NCBI RefSeq assembly: GCF_006345805.1
Contig: NC_043025.1
Coordinates: forward strand, 15,004,001 to 15,068,000
Direction: 5' to 3'
Source of the DNA: Octopus sinensis
Lineage: Eukaryota
DNA length: 64,000 nt
In this document: one piece after another, positions 10,548 to 23,981 of the stretch
Layout of the letters: every line of letters starts with the position of its first letter
Numbering within the stretch: position 1 is the stretch's first letter
Translations under genes and position numbers: made by a program
Notes under the pieces: model-generated
Seen by the model: only the letters and a program-made list of their open reading frames with translations
The model's database searches: none
What the model was told of the DNA's origin: nothing

Positions 10548-12760
10548 AAGGCCTGGAAAGCCTGGAGGTAGCAGGGAACTGTACCAGGTAGCCAAAAGGG
10601 AGGCTGGGCAGCAGTTATACATATTTGATGAGAGGGAGGAGGAGCTACAGACGTCGGACATAGAAGGTAGCTGGAAATTCCTATGGAACAGCTTGCTGAG
10701 TGCCACAGACCAAGTCTGCAGATGGTGCAAAGTCCCTTCCAGACCTAAAGTTATGTGGTGGTGGAATAGTACAGTAGACAAAGCCATTAGAGCAAAGAAA
10801 CAGGCCTGGAAAGCCTGGAGGTAGCAGGGAACTGTACCAGGTAGCCAAAAGGGAGGCTGGGCAGCAGTTATACATAGCCAAGAGTGAAGCAGAAAAGAAG
10901 AAGTTTGCCAATGTCCAGAGACGTGAGGACCAAAGAACTGAGGTATTTCGGATTGCAAGACAGTGTGTGAGAGAAAATTGTGATGTCACAGGAGAGAAAT
11001 GTGTCTGCATGGATGATGGTGCACTTGCTTTTAATGATTCTGAAAAGAAAGAGGCTTGGAGAAGCCATTATGAAAGACTGCTGAACGTGGAGAATAAATG
11101 GGAGGAGGAGAGCCTGCCAAATGTTGACCCTTAGAGGGACCAGCTATTTGAATAGACAACTCCCTGGTAGATAAAGCAATTAAAGGTATGAAGCCAGGAA
11201 AAGCCCCCGTGCCTATCAGGAATCACTGCTGAGATGCTTAAAACATCTGGTGGTGTGGGCGATGGCCTAGTCACCCGCATTGTAAACCAAGTAGTTCATG
11301 ATGGAGTCATACCCAATGACTGGCGTAGCAGCACCATAGTCAACTGCTACAAAAGTAGATGGGATGCAGTTTGGTTATGTGCCAGGTAGAAGCACCACTG
11401 ATGCCATATTCTTGGTGCAGCAACTGCAAGAGAAATACCTAGCTAAAGATAAACCCCTATACTTAGCTTTGTGGACTTGGAGAAAGCCTTTGACAGGCTC
11501 CCCCAATCCCTTATCTGGAGGGCAATGTGGAATCTGGGAATTAAAGAATGGTTAATAAGGGCTGTACAGGCCCTTTACAGAAAGGCCATTAGTAAGGTTA
11601 GGATTGGCAATGAGTATAGTAAAGAATTCTGGGTAGAATTAGGGGTCCACCAAGGATCATCCTCAGTCCCCTTTTATTCATCATAGTCCTCCAGGCAATA
11701 ACAGAGGAATTCAAGATGGGTTACCCCTGGGAGCTCCTCTATGCACTACCAGAGATAGAAAAGAAAATTTGTGTGTGGAATCTAGGTTTAGAATCAAAAG
11801 GCCTTAGAGTCAATGTAGCAAAGACCAAAGTTATAGTAAGTAGGAAGGCGAACTCATCACACACCCCTTCAGGTAGCTGGCCCTGCTTGATCTGTAGAAA
11901 AGGTGTCGGTAGAAACTCCATAAGATGTACCCAGTGTAAGCTATGGACACATAAGAGGTGCAGCAATATCAAAGGAAGGTTAACCAGGAAGATAGCTTTC
12001 TTGTGTGGCAGATGCAAAGCGACAGTAAACACCACAGATGCTCAAAAAGCAGATTCCATCACATTCCAGGGGGAGAAACTAGAAGTAGTTCATAGCTTCT
12101 GCTACATAAGTGACCAAGTTAGTAGTGGGGGTGGATGCTCAGAGAGTGTCACCACTAGAATCTGGGGTAGAAGTAGACCCAGGAAGACATGGGATGAGGT
12201 GGTGAAGCATGACCTTTGAACATTGGGTCTCACAGAGGCAACGATCAAAGACCAACACCTCTGGAGATATGCTGTGACTGTGAAGACCTGGCAAATAAAG
12301 TGAGTTCATGGCTGTTTCTTGCACCAGTTTTGCATATCCAACCCCAGCCCATTCAAAAGTACCTTGGATCGTAGGGCAACCTGCTGTGCTTGAGGAGATA
12401 TATTGAGTCAAGTACATCAACATCAAAATGAAAATCAAATGGAAATTGTAGTTGTGATACCCGTGCTGGTGGCATGTAAAAAGCACCGTCCGAATGTGGC
12501 CGATGCCAGCGCCGCCTTGACTGGCTTCCATAAAAGGCACCAACCAATCATGGCTGTTGCCAGTCTCCTCCGGCCCCTGTGCCGGTGGCATGTAAAAAGC
12601 ACCCACTACACTCCCCGAGTGGTTGGCATTAGGAAGGGCATCCAGCTGTAGAAACACTGCCAAATCAGACTGGAGCCTGGTGCAGCCCCTGGCTTCCCAG
12701 ACCCTGGTTGAACCGTCCAACCCATGCTAGCACGGAAAGCGGATGTTAAACGATGATGAT
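10548..12760 (+). mobile_element. RTE-clade LINE family 1, 5'-truncated, frameshifted, internally deleted
   Basis: MQFGYVPGRSTTDAIF, DLEKAFDR, GVHQGS, WPCLICRKG..CTQC..HKRC, GRSRPRKTWDEVV; 3' UTR ending ggatgttaaacgatgatgat. Confidence 0.9.
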
Positions 12761-12953
12761 AACTCATAAACTGAGGCTATAATCATTAATATGATTATTT
12801 CAGTGGCTAGCATATAAAAAAATGACCATATTGGTAAAATTAATTTTCAAGTATATAAAGAGACTCATTAACAAAATGGTGTGATTTAAACATATTCAGC
12901 CTTTCCTTTTCCTCTCTAGGCTCTCTTTTCTTTTATGTTTGAATTTTTCTTCA

Positions 12954-13066
12954 CTCTGATGAAACTCCATGTTCCAGTTCGGTTTTATTACCAAATATGA
13001 TGAATATTATTTGTTAGCATATCAATGGCAATACCATGTGACACTGTAAGCAGAAACAGCTGTTAG
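12954..13066 (+). ncRNA. Degenerate HHR-like motif with long stem II
   Basis: CTGATGA at 12956; GAAA-CAGCTG-TT-AG at 13053; stem I only 2 bp. Confidence 0.35.
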
Positions 13067-13157
13067 ACGGGATGCAGTCTATTTGTATTGAATTAAAAAA
13101 TAATAATTGATGTCAGTCAATTGTTGTTGATCAGTATTTCTCCATTTTCTATTTACT

Positions 13158-13386
13158 TTAACCCTTTCATTACCAAACCGGCTGAAACCACCTCTGGCTC
13201 CTTAGTACAAACGTCTTGTTTTCAAAAGTTCTGAATTAAAATCTTCCACCAAACTTTAGTCACAATTTATGTTCCTAACACTAGCTGAATGATAACTAAG
13301 TTATTTTACTAAATTCTTTTTTATATTTAAAGTAATTGAAAGAAATACAGAGCATCTCAGCAGAAATATTGTAACAAAATGGTTAA
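13158..13386. mobile_element. TTAA-flanked MITE
   Basis: Same family as 5824-6051. Confidence 0.8.
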
Positions 13387-13409
13387 TATATATAATAGAG
13401 AAATAATTC

Positions 13410-13639
13410 TTAACCCTTTCATTACCAACATGGCTGAAGCCAGCTCTGGCTCTGTAGTAAAAATGTCTTCTTTTCATGAGTTTTGAATTAAAATCTTCCA
13501 TCAAACCTTAGTCACAATTTACGTTCCTAACACTAGCTGAATGATAACCAAGTTATTTTACTAAATTCTTTGTTATATTTAAAATTAATTGAAAGAAACC
13601 CAGAGCATCTCAACAGAAATACAGTAACGAAAGGGTTAA
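13410..13639. mobile_element. TTAA-flanked MITE, adjacent second copy
   Basis: TTAACCCTTTCATTAC ... GTAACGAAAGGGTTAA. Confidence 0.8.
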
Positions 13640-13834
13640 ATTTGATTCCTGACAAACTCTCATTTATTTTTGCCATCATCGGTAATCTATGAGCATAATA
13701 TGCTAGCATATATATATGTCCAGGGGTTAACATGGGTAATTATACCAGTAATATAATGGATACTTTTATCCTTTAGTCAGATATTCCAAACTCTAACTCT
13801 ACTAGTCTTATATAGATATATATAATAATTTGCC

Positions 13835-14090
13835 AGCATGGCTGCGTGGTAAGAAGCTTGCTTCCTAACCGTATGGTTCCAGGTTCAGTCCTACTGTGTG
13901 GCACCTTGGGTAAGTGTCTTCTACTATAGCCTCAGGCTGACCAAAGCCTTGTGAGTAGATTTGGTAGATGGAAACTGAAAGAAGCCTGTAATATATATGT
14001 GTATATTTGTATGTTTGTGTCTGTTCATCCCCATCACCATTGGTTGACAACCGATGTTGGTTTGTTTACATCCTTGTAACTTAGTGACAT
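13835..14090 (+). mobile_element. SINE family 1, 3'-truncated
   Basis: Match to 7235-7500. Confidence 0.75.
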
Positions 14091-14231
14091 ACATATAGAT
14101 CAACGTCATCATCGTTTAACATCTGCTTCCCATGCTGGCATGGGTGGGATGGTTTGACAGGAGTTGACCAAGCAGAAGCCTGCACTAGACTTCTGTGTTT
14201 GCTTTGGTAGATATCTATATCTATCTGTCTG

Positions 14232-14262
<31 letters not shown>

Positions 14263-14319
14263 GTATATATATATACATGCATGCACATATACATACATAC
14301 ATATATATATATATATACA

Positions 14320-14565
14320 TGGTGGCTGCTCCCTCGTTATTGAGTGTGGCCATTGCATGAAGCTTAATCAATGTTGTTATTGTGCAATGCCTGTGCAAGA
14401 AGATTTTTTTTAAAGTGAGGAAAGGCTGTGCACTGAGTCAATCCCACTCACTAAGCAACAGCAGCCATAATCCGAAAAGAAGAACAAGTCAACATCATCG
14501 GTAACCACTGAGACGCAGGTTTTATGTCGGAGTATCCCAGTTACCTGAGCTACCTTCTCCTGTAT
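14320..14565. repeat. Unclassified dispersed repeat
   Basis: Reverse-complement copy at 34200-34445. Confidence 0.75.
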
Positions 14566-14602
14566 GTTACGTACATACATACATACATACATACATAGAT
14601 AC

Positions 14603-14676
<74 letters not shown>

Positions 14677-14930
14677 ATACACGTGTGTGTGTATATATTT
14701 TATATTTTGAGCTAGTGGGTATATATTGATTAGTGTGTTGAAGTGCACTGGCACAGTTTGGGCCGCCTGATGTCATCTGCAGTCAGGCTATGTTTCTGTC
14801 GGATCTGCTTCAGGAACTCCGCAGTGTCAGTTGAGAGAATGGTAATAATTTCTTAAGTCACCAGAAGATGGATTAGGTGTTAATCTTTATTTTGTAAAGC
14901 AAACATTTCAACCCATCCTACTATTGTCCC

Positions 14931-15159
14931 TTAACCCTTTAGTGTTCAGATTACTCAGTTAAATGTAATACGTTTTCACTCAAATTGTTTTGAATTAATC
15001 CTGCATTATCTTATAGCTTTGAGGTTTCAGTGATGTGATTGTTTATTTTTAGAATGTCAATGTAGGTTATGTGTGAGAGGCTAGATATGGCCAGTTTGAA
15101 TATAAAATATGTAGAATATATTGGGCCGGATTTGGCCGGGTTAAACACTAAAGAGTTAA
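14931..15159. mobile_element. Second TTAA-flanked MITE family
   Basis: TTAACCCTTTAGTGTT ... AACACTAAAGAGTTAA. Confidence 0.7.
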
Positions 15160-15380
15160 GGGTGGGACTCTGTTCAACATGCTGTTTGGCATCCGTTTTG
15201 CAGTCTGGGTCTCATCTGGTACATCCATACATAAAGCTGTGTCTTGTGAAACATCCTTGTGTTCAGGCTGTCATCTTGTTATATGCCCATCTGTTTGGGG
15301 AATGAAATCTTGCTAAGGTTTTCAATTACTTTTATCTTTTCAGTACAAGAATTGCAACACATTTGTAAATATAAACAAAC

Positions 15381-15962
15381 ATCATCATCATCATCATCAT
15401 CATCATAGTTTAATGTCCACTTTCCATGCTAGCATGGGTTGGACGATTTTGACTGAGGGCTGGCGAACCAGATGGCTGCACCAGACTCCAATCTTGATCT
15501 GGCATGGTTTTCTACAGCTGGATGCCCTTCCTAATGCCAACCACTCCATGAGTGTATTGGGTGCTTTTACGTGCCGCCGGCATGGGGGCCAGTCAGGTGG
15601 TACTGGCAATGACCTCGCTCAAATGTTTTTACATGTGCCACCGGCACAGGTGCCAGTGAAGCGACGTTGGTAACGATCACACTCGAATGGTGCCCTTTTA
15701 CGTACCACAGGTACAGAAGCCAGTTGGCTGCTCTGGCAACGATCATGCTTGGATGGTGCTCTTGGCACCCTACTAGCACAGGCATAAGTGCCAGTAAGGT
15801 GACGCTGGTAACAATCATACTCGAATAGCCGCTCTATCAACGATCACACTTGAGTGATGCTCTTTGCACCCCACTAGCCAGATGCCAGTCATCAAATTAA
15901 TTTTGATTTAGATTTCAAAATCAATTCGATGACTGTCATCCGTGCTAGCAGGGTGCAAAGAG
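15381..15962 (-). mobile_element. RTE family 1-related 3' UTR fragment with internal subrepeats and 5' fold-back
   Basis: (GAT)n tail and ctggatgcccttcctaatgccaaccac shared with 12600-12760. Confidence 0.75.
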
Positions 15963-16754
15963 AAACAACTGATGATATATTGACAAATGTTTGCAATTCT
16001 TATAATGGAAAGATAAAAGTATAGCATTAGTTTCATTCTCTAACCAGGCTTTGGTCGGCCTGAAGCCATAACTGGAAGGCACTTAATCAAGGTACCAGAG
16101 TGGGACTGAACCCAGGAGCATGTGGGAGGGAAGAGAACTTCTTACCACACAGTCACGTCTGCACCTACATAAAAAAAAATATATAATAAAACAGATTATC
16201 ATTTTTTGCAGATGGTATTTAGACTTATCCAGTCTAATTAGTGGGACACTAATTATTGATATATTTCGCAAATGATACAATTTGAAGCTAGACAACAATG
16301 GAATTCAGGGACAATTAAATAATAGCTTGGGTGGGGTGTAGTTTTTTATATTGTTTTATTATTTCTGCCATGTGTTGTGTTTTTTTTTTTTGTTGGCTGT
16401 GTGTAAAATGATAGATAACACTCACAAACGATTTACAGAAGCTTTATTTACTGGACAAAGTGTTTTCTGTGTTGGTCTTGGGATGAAGGATAAAAACAAT
16501 TTGCACAGACTAGGAGAGACAAACTCAGGGGTCTATGACAAGGTAGCTGGTATGTATCGATCTGTGACCAGGCCATCACGACTGGAGAAATACTGCATGA
16601 AATTCAAGATGGTAAATCTACACATTCCATCTGCACATCTGGAGGATGGACAAACAAGGATGGAGTTGTTAAAGCAAATGCCTCGACATTCTGAAGTTAC
16701 TGCAAAAAAACCCCCACCTTTTATAAGATTCATTAGAAGGGACCATTTAAGTCA

Positions 16755-17930
16755 GGCTGTCCCTGGGAGCTCCTCTGTGCTGATGACCTCGCTCTAATTG
16801 CTGAGTCACTGCCAGAACTAGAGACAAAGTTTAGGGTGTGGAAACAAGGTCTAGAATTGAAGGGCCTTAGGGTTAACATAACAAAAACCAAAGTCTTAGT
16901 AAGTAGGGAGGCAGGTAAATCACAAACCCCTTCAGGTAGATGGCCCTGCTCGATCTGTAGAAAGGCGTGGGTAGAAACTCTATATGATGTACCCGGTGTA
17001 AGCTATGGACATATAAATGGTACAGCAATATCAGAGGAAGGTTAACCGGGAAGATAGTCTTTGTGTGTGGCAGATGCAGAGGGGCAATAAACACTGAAGA
17101 TGTACAGAAAACAGATCCCATCACATTCCAGGGAAAGAAACTAGAAGTAGTTGATAGCTTCCGTTACTTAGGCAACCAAGCCTGTAGTGAGTGTGGATGC
17201 TCTGAGAATGTAGAAGCTAGAATAGGAATAGCCTGGACAAAGTTCAGGGAGCTCCTACCTCTGCTGGCAACTAAGAGCTTCTCGCTCGGAGTGAAAGGTA
17301 GAGTGTATGATGCATGTGTGTGGACTGCCATGCTACATGGCAGTGAAACATGGGCCATGACTGCTGAGGACATGCATAGGTTTGAAAGAAAGGAAGGCCA
17401 GTATGATCCGCTGGATGTGTAATGTCAGTGTGCATACATGACAGAGTGTGAGCACCCTGAGAGAAAACTTGGGCATAAGAAGCATCAAATGTGGGGTGCA
17501 AGAGAGACAGCTGCACTTGTTTAGTCATGTGTTACGTATGAATGAGGACAGCGGCATGAGGAAGTGCCACACCCTAACTGTGGATGGAACCTGTGTAACA
17601 GGTAGACCCAAGAAGACATGGGATGAGGTGGTGAAGCATGACCATCGCACGTTGGGCCTCACAGAGGCAATGACAGGAGACCAGGATCTTTGGAGATACG
17701 CTGCGATTGAGAAGATCCAGCAACTTAAGTGAGATCGCAGCCATGCATGTCCAGCTCAGTTAAGAGCACCCATGATGTGTCGGGTGATATGATATGCTTG
17801 AGAAGACCTGTTGACTCAAGTAAAACCAATATCATAGCTGTGGCCAGTATCTCCTGACTAACTCCCATGCTGGTGGCATATAAAAAGCACCATCCGAATG
17901 TGGTCGATGCCAGTACCCCATGATAAGCGT
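16755..17930 (+). mobile_element. RTE LINE family 1 fragment (RT 3' part to 3' UTR)
   Basis: PWELLCADDL, WPCSICRK, DSFRYLG, AMLHGSETW, GRPKKTWDEVV. Confidence 0.9.
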
Positions 17931-17967
17931 CAAATGTGGTGGTCATGTGTTATGTATGGATGAAGAC

Positions 17968-18358
17968 TTGTGGAGGCGCAATGGCCCAGTGGTTAGGGCA
18001 GCGGACTCGCGGTCGTATGATCGCAATTTCGATTCCCAGACCAGGCGTTGTGAGTGTTTATTGAGCGAAAACACCTAAAAAGCTCCACGAGGCTCCGGCA
18101 GGGGATGGTGGTGATCCCTGCTGTACTCTTTCACCACAACTTTCTCTCACTCTTTCTTCCTGTTTCTGTTGTACCTGTATTTCAAAGGGCCGGCCTTTTC
18201 ACTCTCTGTGTCACGCTGAATATCCCCGAGAACTATGTTAAGGGTATACGTGTCTGTGGAGTGCTCAGCCACTTGCTCGTTAATTTCACGAGCAGGCTGT
18301 TCCGTTGATCGGATCAACCGGAACCCTCGTCGTCGTAACCGACGGAGTGCTTCCATCC
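17968..18358 (+). mobile_element. SINE family 3a (tRNA-like head)
   Basis: TGGCCCAGTGG / TTTCGATTCC boxes; probable TSD atggatgaagac / atggttgaagac. Confidence 0.75.
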
Positions 18359-18794
18359 ATGGTTGAAGACAGCTGCATGAGGAAGTGAAGATAGGTTTGT
18401 AGAAACTGATATTAGCTGGGTGGCATCTCGTAGCCTTCAGATGAAATTGCAAGTGCAGTTGAGACAAGCATCTTTACTTCCGTTTGGTTATCGTGTTGTT
18501 GTTGATAAGTGAATAGCAAAACTGCATTGATTGCTGTATTGATAAGGTGATGGATTGCTTCACAGCCGAAGCCATTTGATGGAGGGGAAAACAGAGCAGA
18601 CAGGAGAAAAAAAAAAACAGCCATCACAAAGAAGAAGGACTCCTCTTTCAGATATAATCTTTCTTGCTCAGTCAGTTGCAACAGGGAATAATTTCAATTT
18701 ATATATATATATATATTTATTAAAGCATATTATTCTACACTGGTATTGAGTACTCTTTTTTCCACCATGTTTCACATTTATGTGTTTACTCCGG

Positions 18795-18921
<127 letters not shown>

Positions 18922-19303
18922 TATACATGTACACATTACACATGTTATCTCTTTTATATGCACACACGTGTGTGCATACACCACACACACACTCAGAGAG
19001 ATAGAGGGGGGGAAGAAAAGAGAAGAAGGAGAAGGAAGAGAAAGAGTAGGAGGTGGAGGAGGAGGGGAAGGAGGGCTGGACTAAAGAATATGGTGAGAAA
19101 GAAAGGCAAGAAGGTGGGGTTTGTAACATTATCTGCAGAATTCAAACACCGTGTTTGCTGTAAAGTTTACAGCTGTGTGGACCCCTACACCAAAGTGACA
19201 TCTTAACTTCAACCATTCATATTAAAAGACTTAATATGAATAACCAGATATCAGGGGCCTGTTAATGTGATCCCAGTCCGACTTCACATACTGTAGTGGC
19301 AAT

Positions 19304-19611
19304 GTGGAGGCACATGGCCTAGTGGTTAGAGCAGCGAACTCGCGGTCGAGCGATTGTGGGTTCAAATCTCAGACCAGACAATGTGTGTGTTTATGAGCGA
19401 AAACACCTAAGCTCCACGCGGCTCCGGCAGAAGGTAATGGCGAAACTTCTGCTGACTCTTTCGCCACAACTTTCTCTCACTCTTTCCTCCTGCATTTTGC
19501 AGCTCACCTGCGACGGACCAGCGTCCCATCCAGGTGGGGAACGTATACGCCAAGGAAACCGGGAAACTGGCCCTTATGAGCCAGGCATGGCTCGAGAAGG
19601 AACAAACAACA
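19304..19611 (+). mobile_element. SINE family 3b (same head, different body, (CAA)n tail)
   Basis: TGGCCTAGTGG / GGTTCAAATC boxes; 14-bp TSD actgtagtggcaat. Confidence 0.85.
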
Positions 19612-19789
19612 ACTGTAGTGGCAATCAACAGTTGTCTAGCTTCATTAAATTATCTCTGGTTTTTGTATATATACACTCAGTGTGTATAAAATTATTCATT
19701 TGATATTGAACCTTGCCTCGTGACTTAATGCCCGATGCGCAAATTAGCCAAACCCTTACAACTAAGAACTCTCTCTTTCTCTCTTTTCT

Positions 19790-20155
19790 CTCTTTTACTT
19801 GTTTCAGTCATTTGACTGTGGCCATGCTGGAGCACCGCCTTTAGTCAAGCAGATCGACCCCAGGACTTATTCTTTTGCCGAACCGCTAAGTAACGGGGAC
19901 ATAAACACACCAGCATCAGTTGTCAAGCAATGCTAGGGGGACAAACACAGACACACAAACACACATATATACATACATACATACATATATACGACAGGTT
20001 TCTTTCAGTTTCCGTCTACCAAATCCACTCACAAGGCCTTGTTCGGCCCGAGGCTATAGTAGAAGACACTTGCCCAAGGTGCCACAGAGTGGGACTGAAC
20101 CCTGAACCATGTGGTTGGTAAGCAAGCTACTTACCACACAGCCACTCCTGCACCT
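19790..20155 (-). mobile_element. SINE family 1
   Basis: Near full-length reverse-complement match to 7228-7640. Confidence 0.85.
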
Positions 20156-20508
20156 AGTACACATATAGTATATGTGTATATTATATATATATAGTATATA
20201 TGTGTAAAAGAAACGCGTTTAAACACAAAGCCTCATCTGAATGAATGAAACGAAGACAACCTCAAAATCTCTCCTCAATGTTTTTGTCTCATTTTACCCT
20301 GTTTCTTTTTTTATTTCCCCACCACATCCACTTTTCTCCTCTATCCTTGTCTGTCTGTCTGTCTGACTCTGTCCCCTTGTTCCTTCTGTCTTTGGATACC
20401 TTTCACTTCTTTTACTCAGGTTCCTACACCCCCCACACACATATGCATGCATGCATGCATAAGTACATATATACATATATATGTATGTATATATATATAT
20501 ATAATAAG

Positions 20509-20547
<39 letters not shown>

Positions 20548-20560
20548 TATATACTTATTA

Positions 20561-20594
<34 letters not shown>

Positions 20595-20617
20595 ATATAT
20601 ATATATATATTATATAT

Positions 20618-20649
<32 letters not shown>

Positions 20650-20678
20650 AGTGTATATATATATATATATATAATAAG

Positions 20679-20721
<43 letters not shown>

Positions 20722-21028
20722 CAGGAAAAGAGAGAGAGAGAGAGAGAGAAAGAAACAGATATTTATTGTGACTGCTTCTTCTCAATGTCTCATTCTCAGA
20801 CTCTTTCAATATTTCCATCTACTCCTACTCCCCGCACCTCTCGCTCATACCTTACTCTCTGTCCCTCTCTATCCCACCCTTCACTCCTTACTCCATATAT
20901 GGACAACATTACCCCACCCAAACATACTAATTATAATTTTATGAGTTTATGTTCCGATATTAACCTAAATCCTGGGCGTCAGCAAACAGCAGAAACATTG
21001 TCAGGGGTGTTTATGTGTATAGACATAA

Positions 21029-21086
<58 letters not shown>

Positions 21087-21290
21087 GTAATTCCAGAATT
21101 CTTCAAAACAAACTTTGGATTTACTAATCCTACCAGGAGTAGAACTGCAGATTTAAATTCCATTTGGATGCATTGCTCTCCGACAGATCAATATATTTAA
21201 CCAAGTTTGGAAAGCTACAAAATGCTTGCGATGTATCTGTCTGGATTTGAAAAACCCTATTACTTTGTTATATATATATGTATATATATT

Positions 21291-21932
21291 GCTTCTACCC
21301 GGAACAAAACCAAACTGCAAGCCAAAGATGAGATGCAGTTTGGTTTTGTGCCGGGTAGAAGCACCACTGATGTCATATTCCTGGTTCGACAACTGCTGGA
21401 GAAATAGCTTTTGTGGACTTGGAGAAAGCCTTTGACAGTGTCCCCCGATCCCTTATATGATGGGCAATGCGGAAACTGGAGATTAACGAATGGTTGATAA
21501 GGGCTGTACAGGCCCTTTACAGAAAGGCCGTTTGTAAGGTTAGGATTGGTAATATGTACAGTGAAGAATTCTGGGTAGATGTTGGCGTCCACCAAGGCTC
21601 AGCTCTCAGTCCCCTTCTATTCATCATAGTTCTCTAGGCAATAACAGAGGAATTCAAGATGGGTTGCCCCTGGGAGCTCCTCTATGCTGATGACTTAGCC
21701 CTCATAGAAGAATCACTACCAGAACTAGAGAAGAAATTTCGGGTGTGGAAGCTAGGTTTAGAATCAAGAGGCCTTAGAGTCAATGTAGCAAAGACCAAAG
21801 TTCTAGTAAGTAGGAAGGTGAACATATCACACACCTCTTCAGGTAGGTGGCCCTGCTCGATCTGTAGGAAAGGTGTAGGTAGAAACTCCATAAGATGTAC
21901 CCAGTGTAAGCTATGGATGCATAAGAGGTGCG
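21291..21932 (+). mobile_element. RTE LINE family 1 RT fragment with 5' fold-back
   Basis: MQFGFVPGRSTTD, PWELLYADDLALI, WPCSICRKGVGRNSIRCTQC. Confidence 0.9.
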
Positions 21933-22565
21933 AAGAGATGGAAGTTCACAGGTGCTAAATCTAGCGAATAGGAGCAGGTGAGAAAGCGAGACCATGTTGT
22001 TTTCTGTGAGAAACTCATGAGTGAGGAGAACTTGGTGACTGAGTGCCTTGTGGTTGTCAAGAATCTAATTCTTTGCTCTTCACAGATCCAATTGCTTTCA
22101 CTGAATGCCCTCCTTCACACACTTCAAATCACCTCCATAGAATTCTCAATTGATGGTCTGGTCCTGGGGAATGAATTCTTGATGCACCTTCCACATTTCC
22201 AGGGGTCGCTCTTGTGGCACGTCTTCCAAAGATGCTCTCTCACTTTTGAAGCACTTGTGCTGCTTAAAACATTACGTACAAACCATTGCCTCATCGCTTG
22301 AAGCTTGCTCAATATCTCTGTAGCAGACTTTCCAAGTTTAATGCAAAATTTCACATTGGTTTTTTGTTCTAATTTCCTGCCCATGACAAAAGCACAGACT
22401 ACACAACACAGACACGATCCCAAGACCACAAATTTCACAACTTGCAAAGTAAACACAACAATGTCACTCTGCCCACTGCCCCACGAAGGTCACTGCTAGC
22501 CTCTCACTGTGCGTGCAACCCTCTGCACTACAGAACTAGTTTTGGAACTTTTTAATACCACCTCG
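21932..22565 (-). mobile_element. Internally deleted mariner element
   Basis: TA|CGAGGTGGTATTAAAAAGTTCC end; LEQKTNVKFCIKLGKSATE HTH; PYSLDLAP motif near 21940-21975. Confidence 0.8.
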
Positions 22566-22586
22566 TATATAAGAATAAAACTCTTT

Positions 22587-22666
<80 letters not shown>

Positions 22667-22677
22667 CTTTCTCTATC

Positions 22678-23066
22678 TCTCTATATATAAAGCTGAAGTT
22701 GTCTGTGTATGGCAGGTTTGGTAGCCTTCAACTAACACTATCTCCTCCAAGACCCTGCAGCGCAAGTTGACCAAAATTGAGAGTATGATAGAAGAAGGCT
22801 TGCTCTTCCTTCCGTAGGAGAAAAAAATTCAAATTGGACCATGTTAAAACCCAAAATTATTTACATCAAAAAGGTGATTTTTTTTCTATGAAAATCCCTA
22901 TTTACGATTTTTTGACTGCTGTGTCGCCATTTTTCGGTGTATTTCAACCAGAAAAATCTTTACTTAAAGAGAATAACAAGCTACATAAAGCAAAATTTTT
23001 ACTTTTCAAAAATTCCAATTCTGAAGGGTCGAAACAAACCCGAGCAACGCCGGGCGATATTGCTAG
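22678..23066 (+). mobile_element. Non-autonomous Helitron family D
   Basis: TCTCTATATATAAAG ... CCCGAGCAACGCCGGG ... CTAG|T. Confidence 0.85.
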
Positions 23067-23662
23067 TATATATATATATATAATGTATGTATGTATATAT
23101 ACACAGACATAGGTGTGTGTGTGTGTGTGTTTGCACATATGTACTTATGTCCATAGTGTGTATGTTGTGTTAGTTTTGCTAGACTTATTCAGATGTGAAT
23201 ATCCGTCCTCATGTAAACAATACGGTTGTGCAGTTAGGAGTGTCATTCGTTACATTTCACTCCAGCTTTATTGCTGCTTAACAAATTAATTAAATTATAT
23301 AAATTAATTAATTCCTGGTTAAGTGGTTCTAAATTATTCTAGCTATTGCTCGTTGATGGTTTGTTTGTTCTGTGGCGGATGTCTTTCCCTTCCTCTGTCT
23401 CTTGGCATTTTCACATCAATCCAAAGTCCACTGCATATTTGTGTGTGTGTGTGTGTGTGTGTGTGTTGTAAGGCACATAGACCAGTGGTTAGGGTGTTCG
23501 AGTCATGACTACAAGTTCATGGGTTCGATTCCTGGATTGGGTGGTAGCTTATGTTCTTGAGTAAAAACACTTCATTTTATGTTGCTCTTTGATCACTTCT
23601 ATCTATATGTCTGTCTGTCAATCTGTCTGTTTGTCTGTCTGTTTATCTCTCTCTCTCTCTCT

Positions 23663-23704
<42 letters not shown>

Positions 23705-23822
23705 TGTTGTGTTTAGGAATGGTCATTTTGCCAGTTTAGCCAATAAAAACACACGCATTATATATTTGGTGTTACTTTGCTTCAGTGTTATTTATTTTTT
23801 AAATTAATCTTAATCTTATTTC

Positions 23823-23867
23823 GGCCAGAGTTCTTTCGTCACACTCCTGTGACCTCATCAGTGGTCC
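23823..23867 (-). ncRNA. Minimal type I HHR-like motif
   Basis: Minus: GGACCA-CTGATGA-gGTCACaggagtGTGAC-GAAA-GAAC-TC-TGGCC. Confidence 0.55.
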
Positions 23868-23916
23868 TTTGCTTTCTTCTTTCTTATTTGTGTGTCTCTC
23901 CTTACTAACGGTCAGC

Positions 23917-23979
<63 letters not shown>

Positions 23980-23981
<2 letters not shown>

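Noticed and set aside
20205-20245. HHR-like remnant (CAGATGA...TAAACGCGTT, minus strand); similar traces near 20990, 34010 and 40465
   Set aside because: Too many core changes and no stem I to support a call
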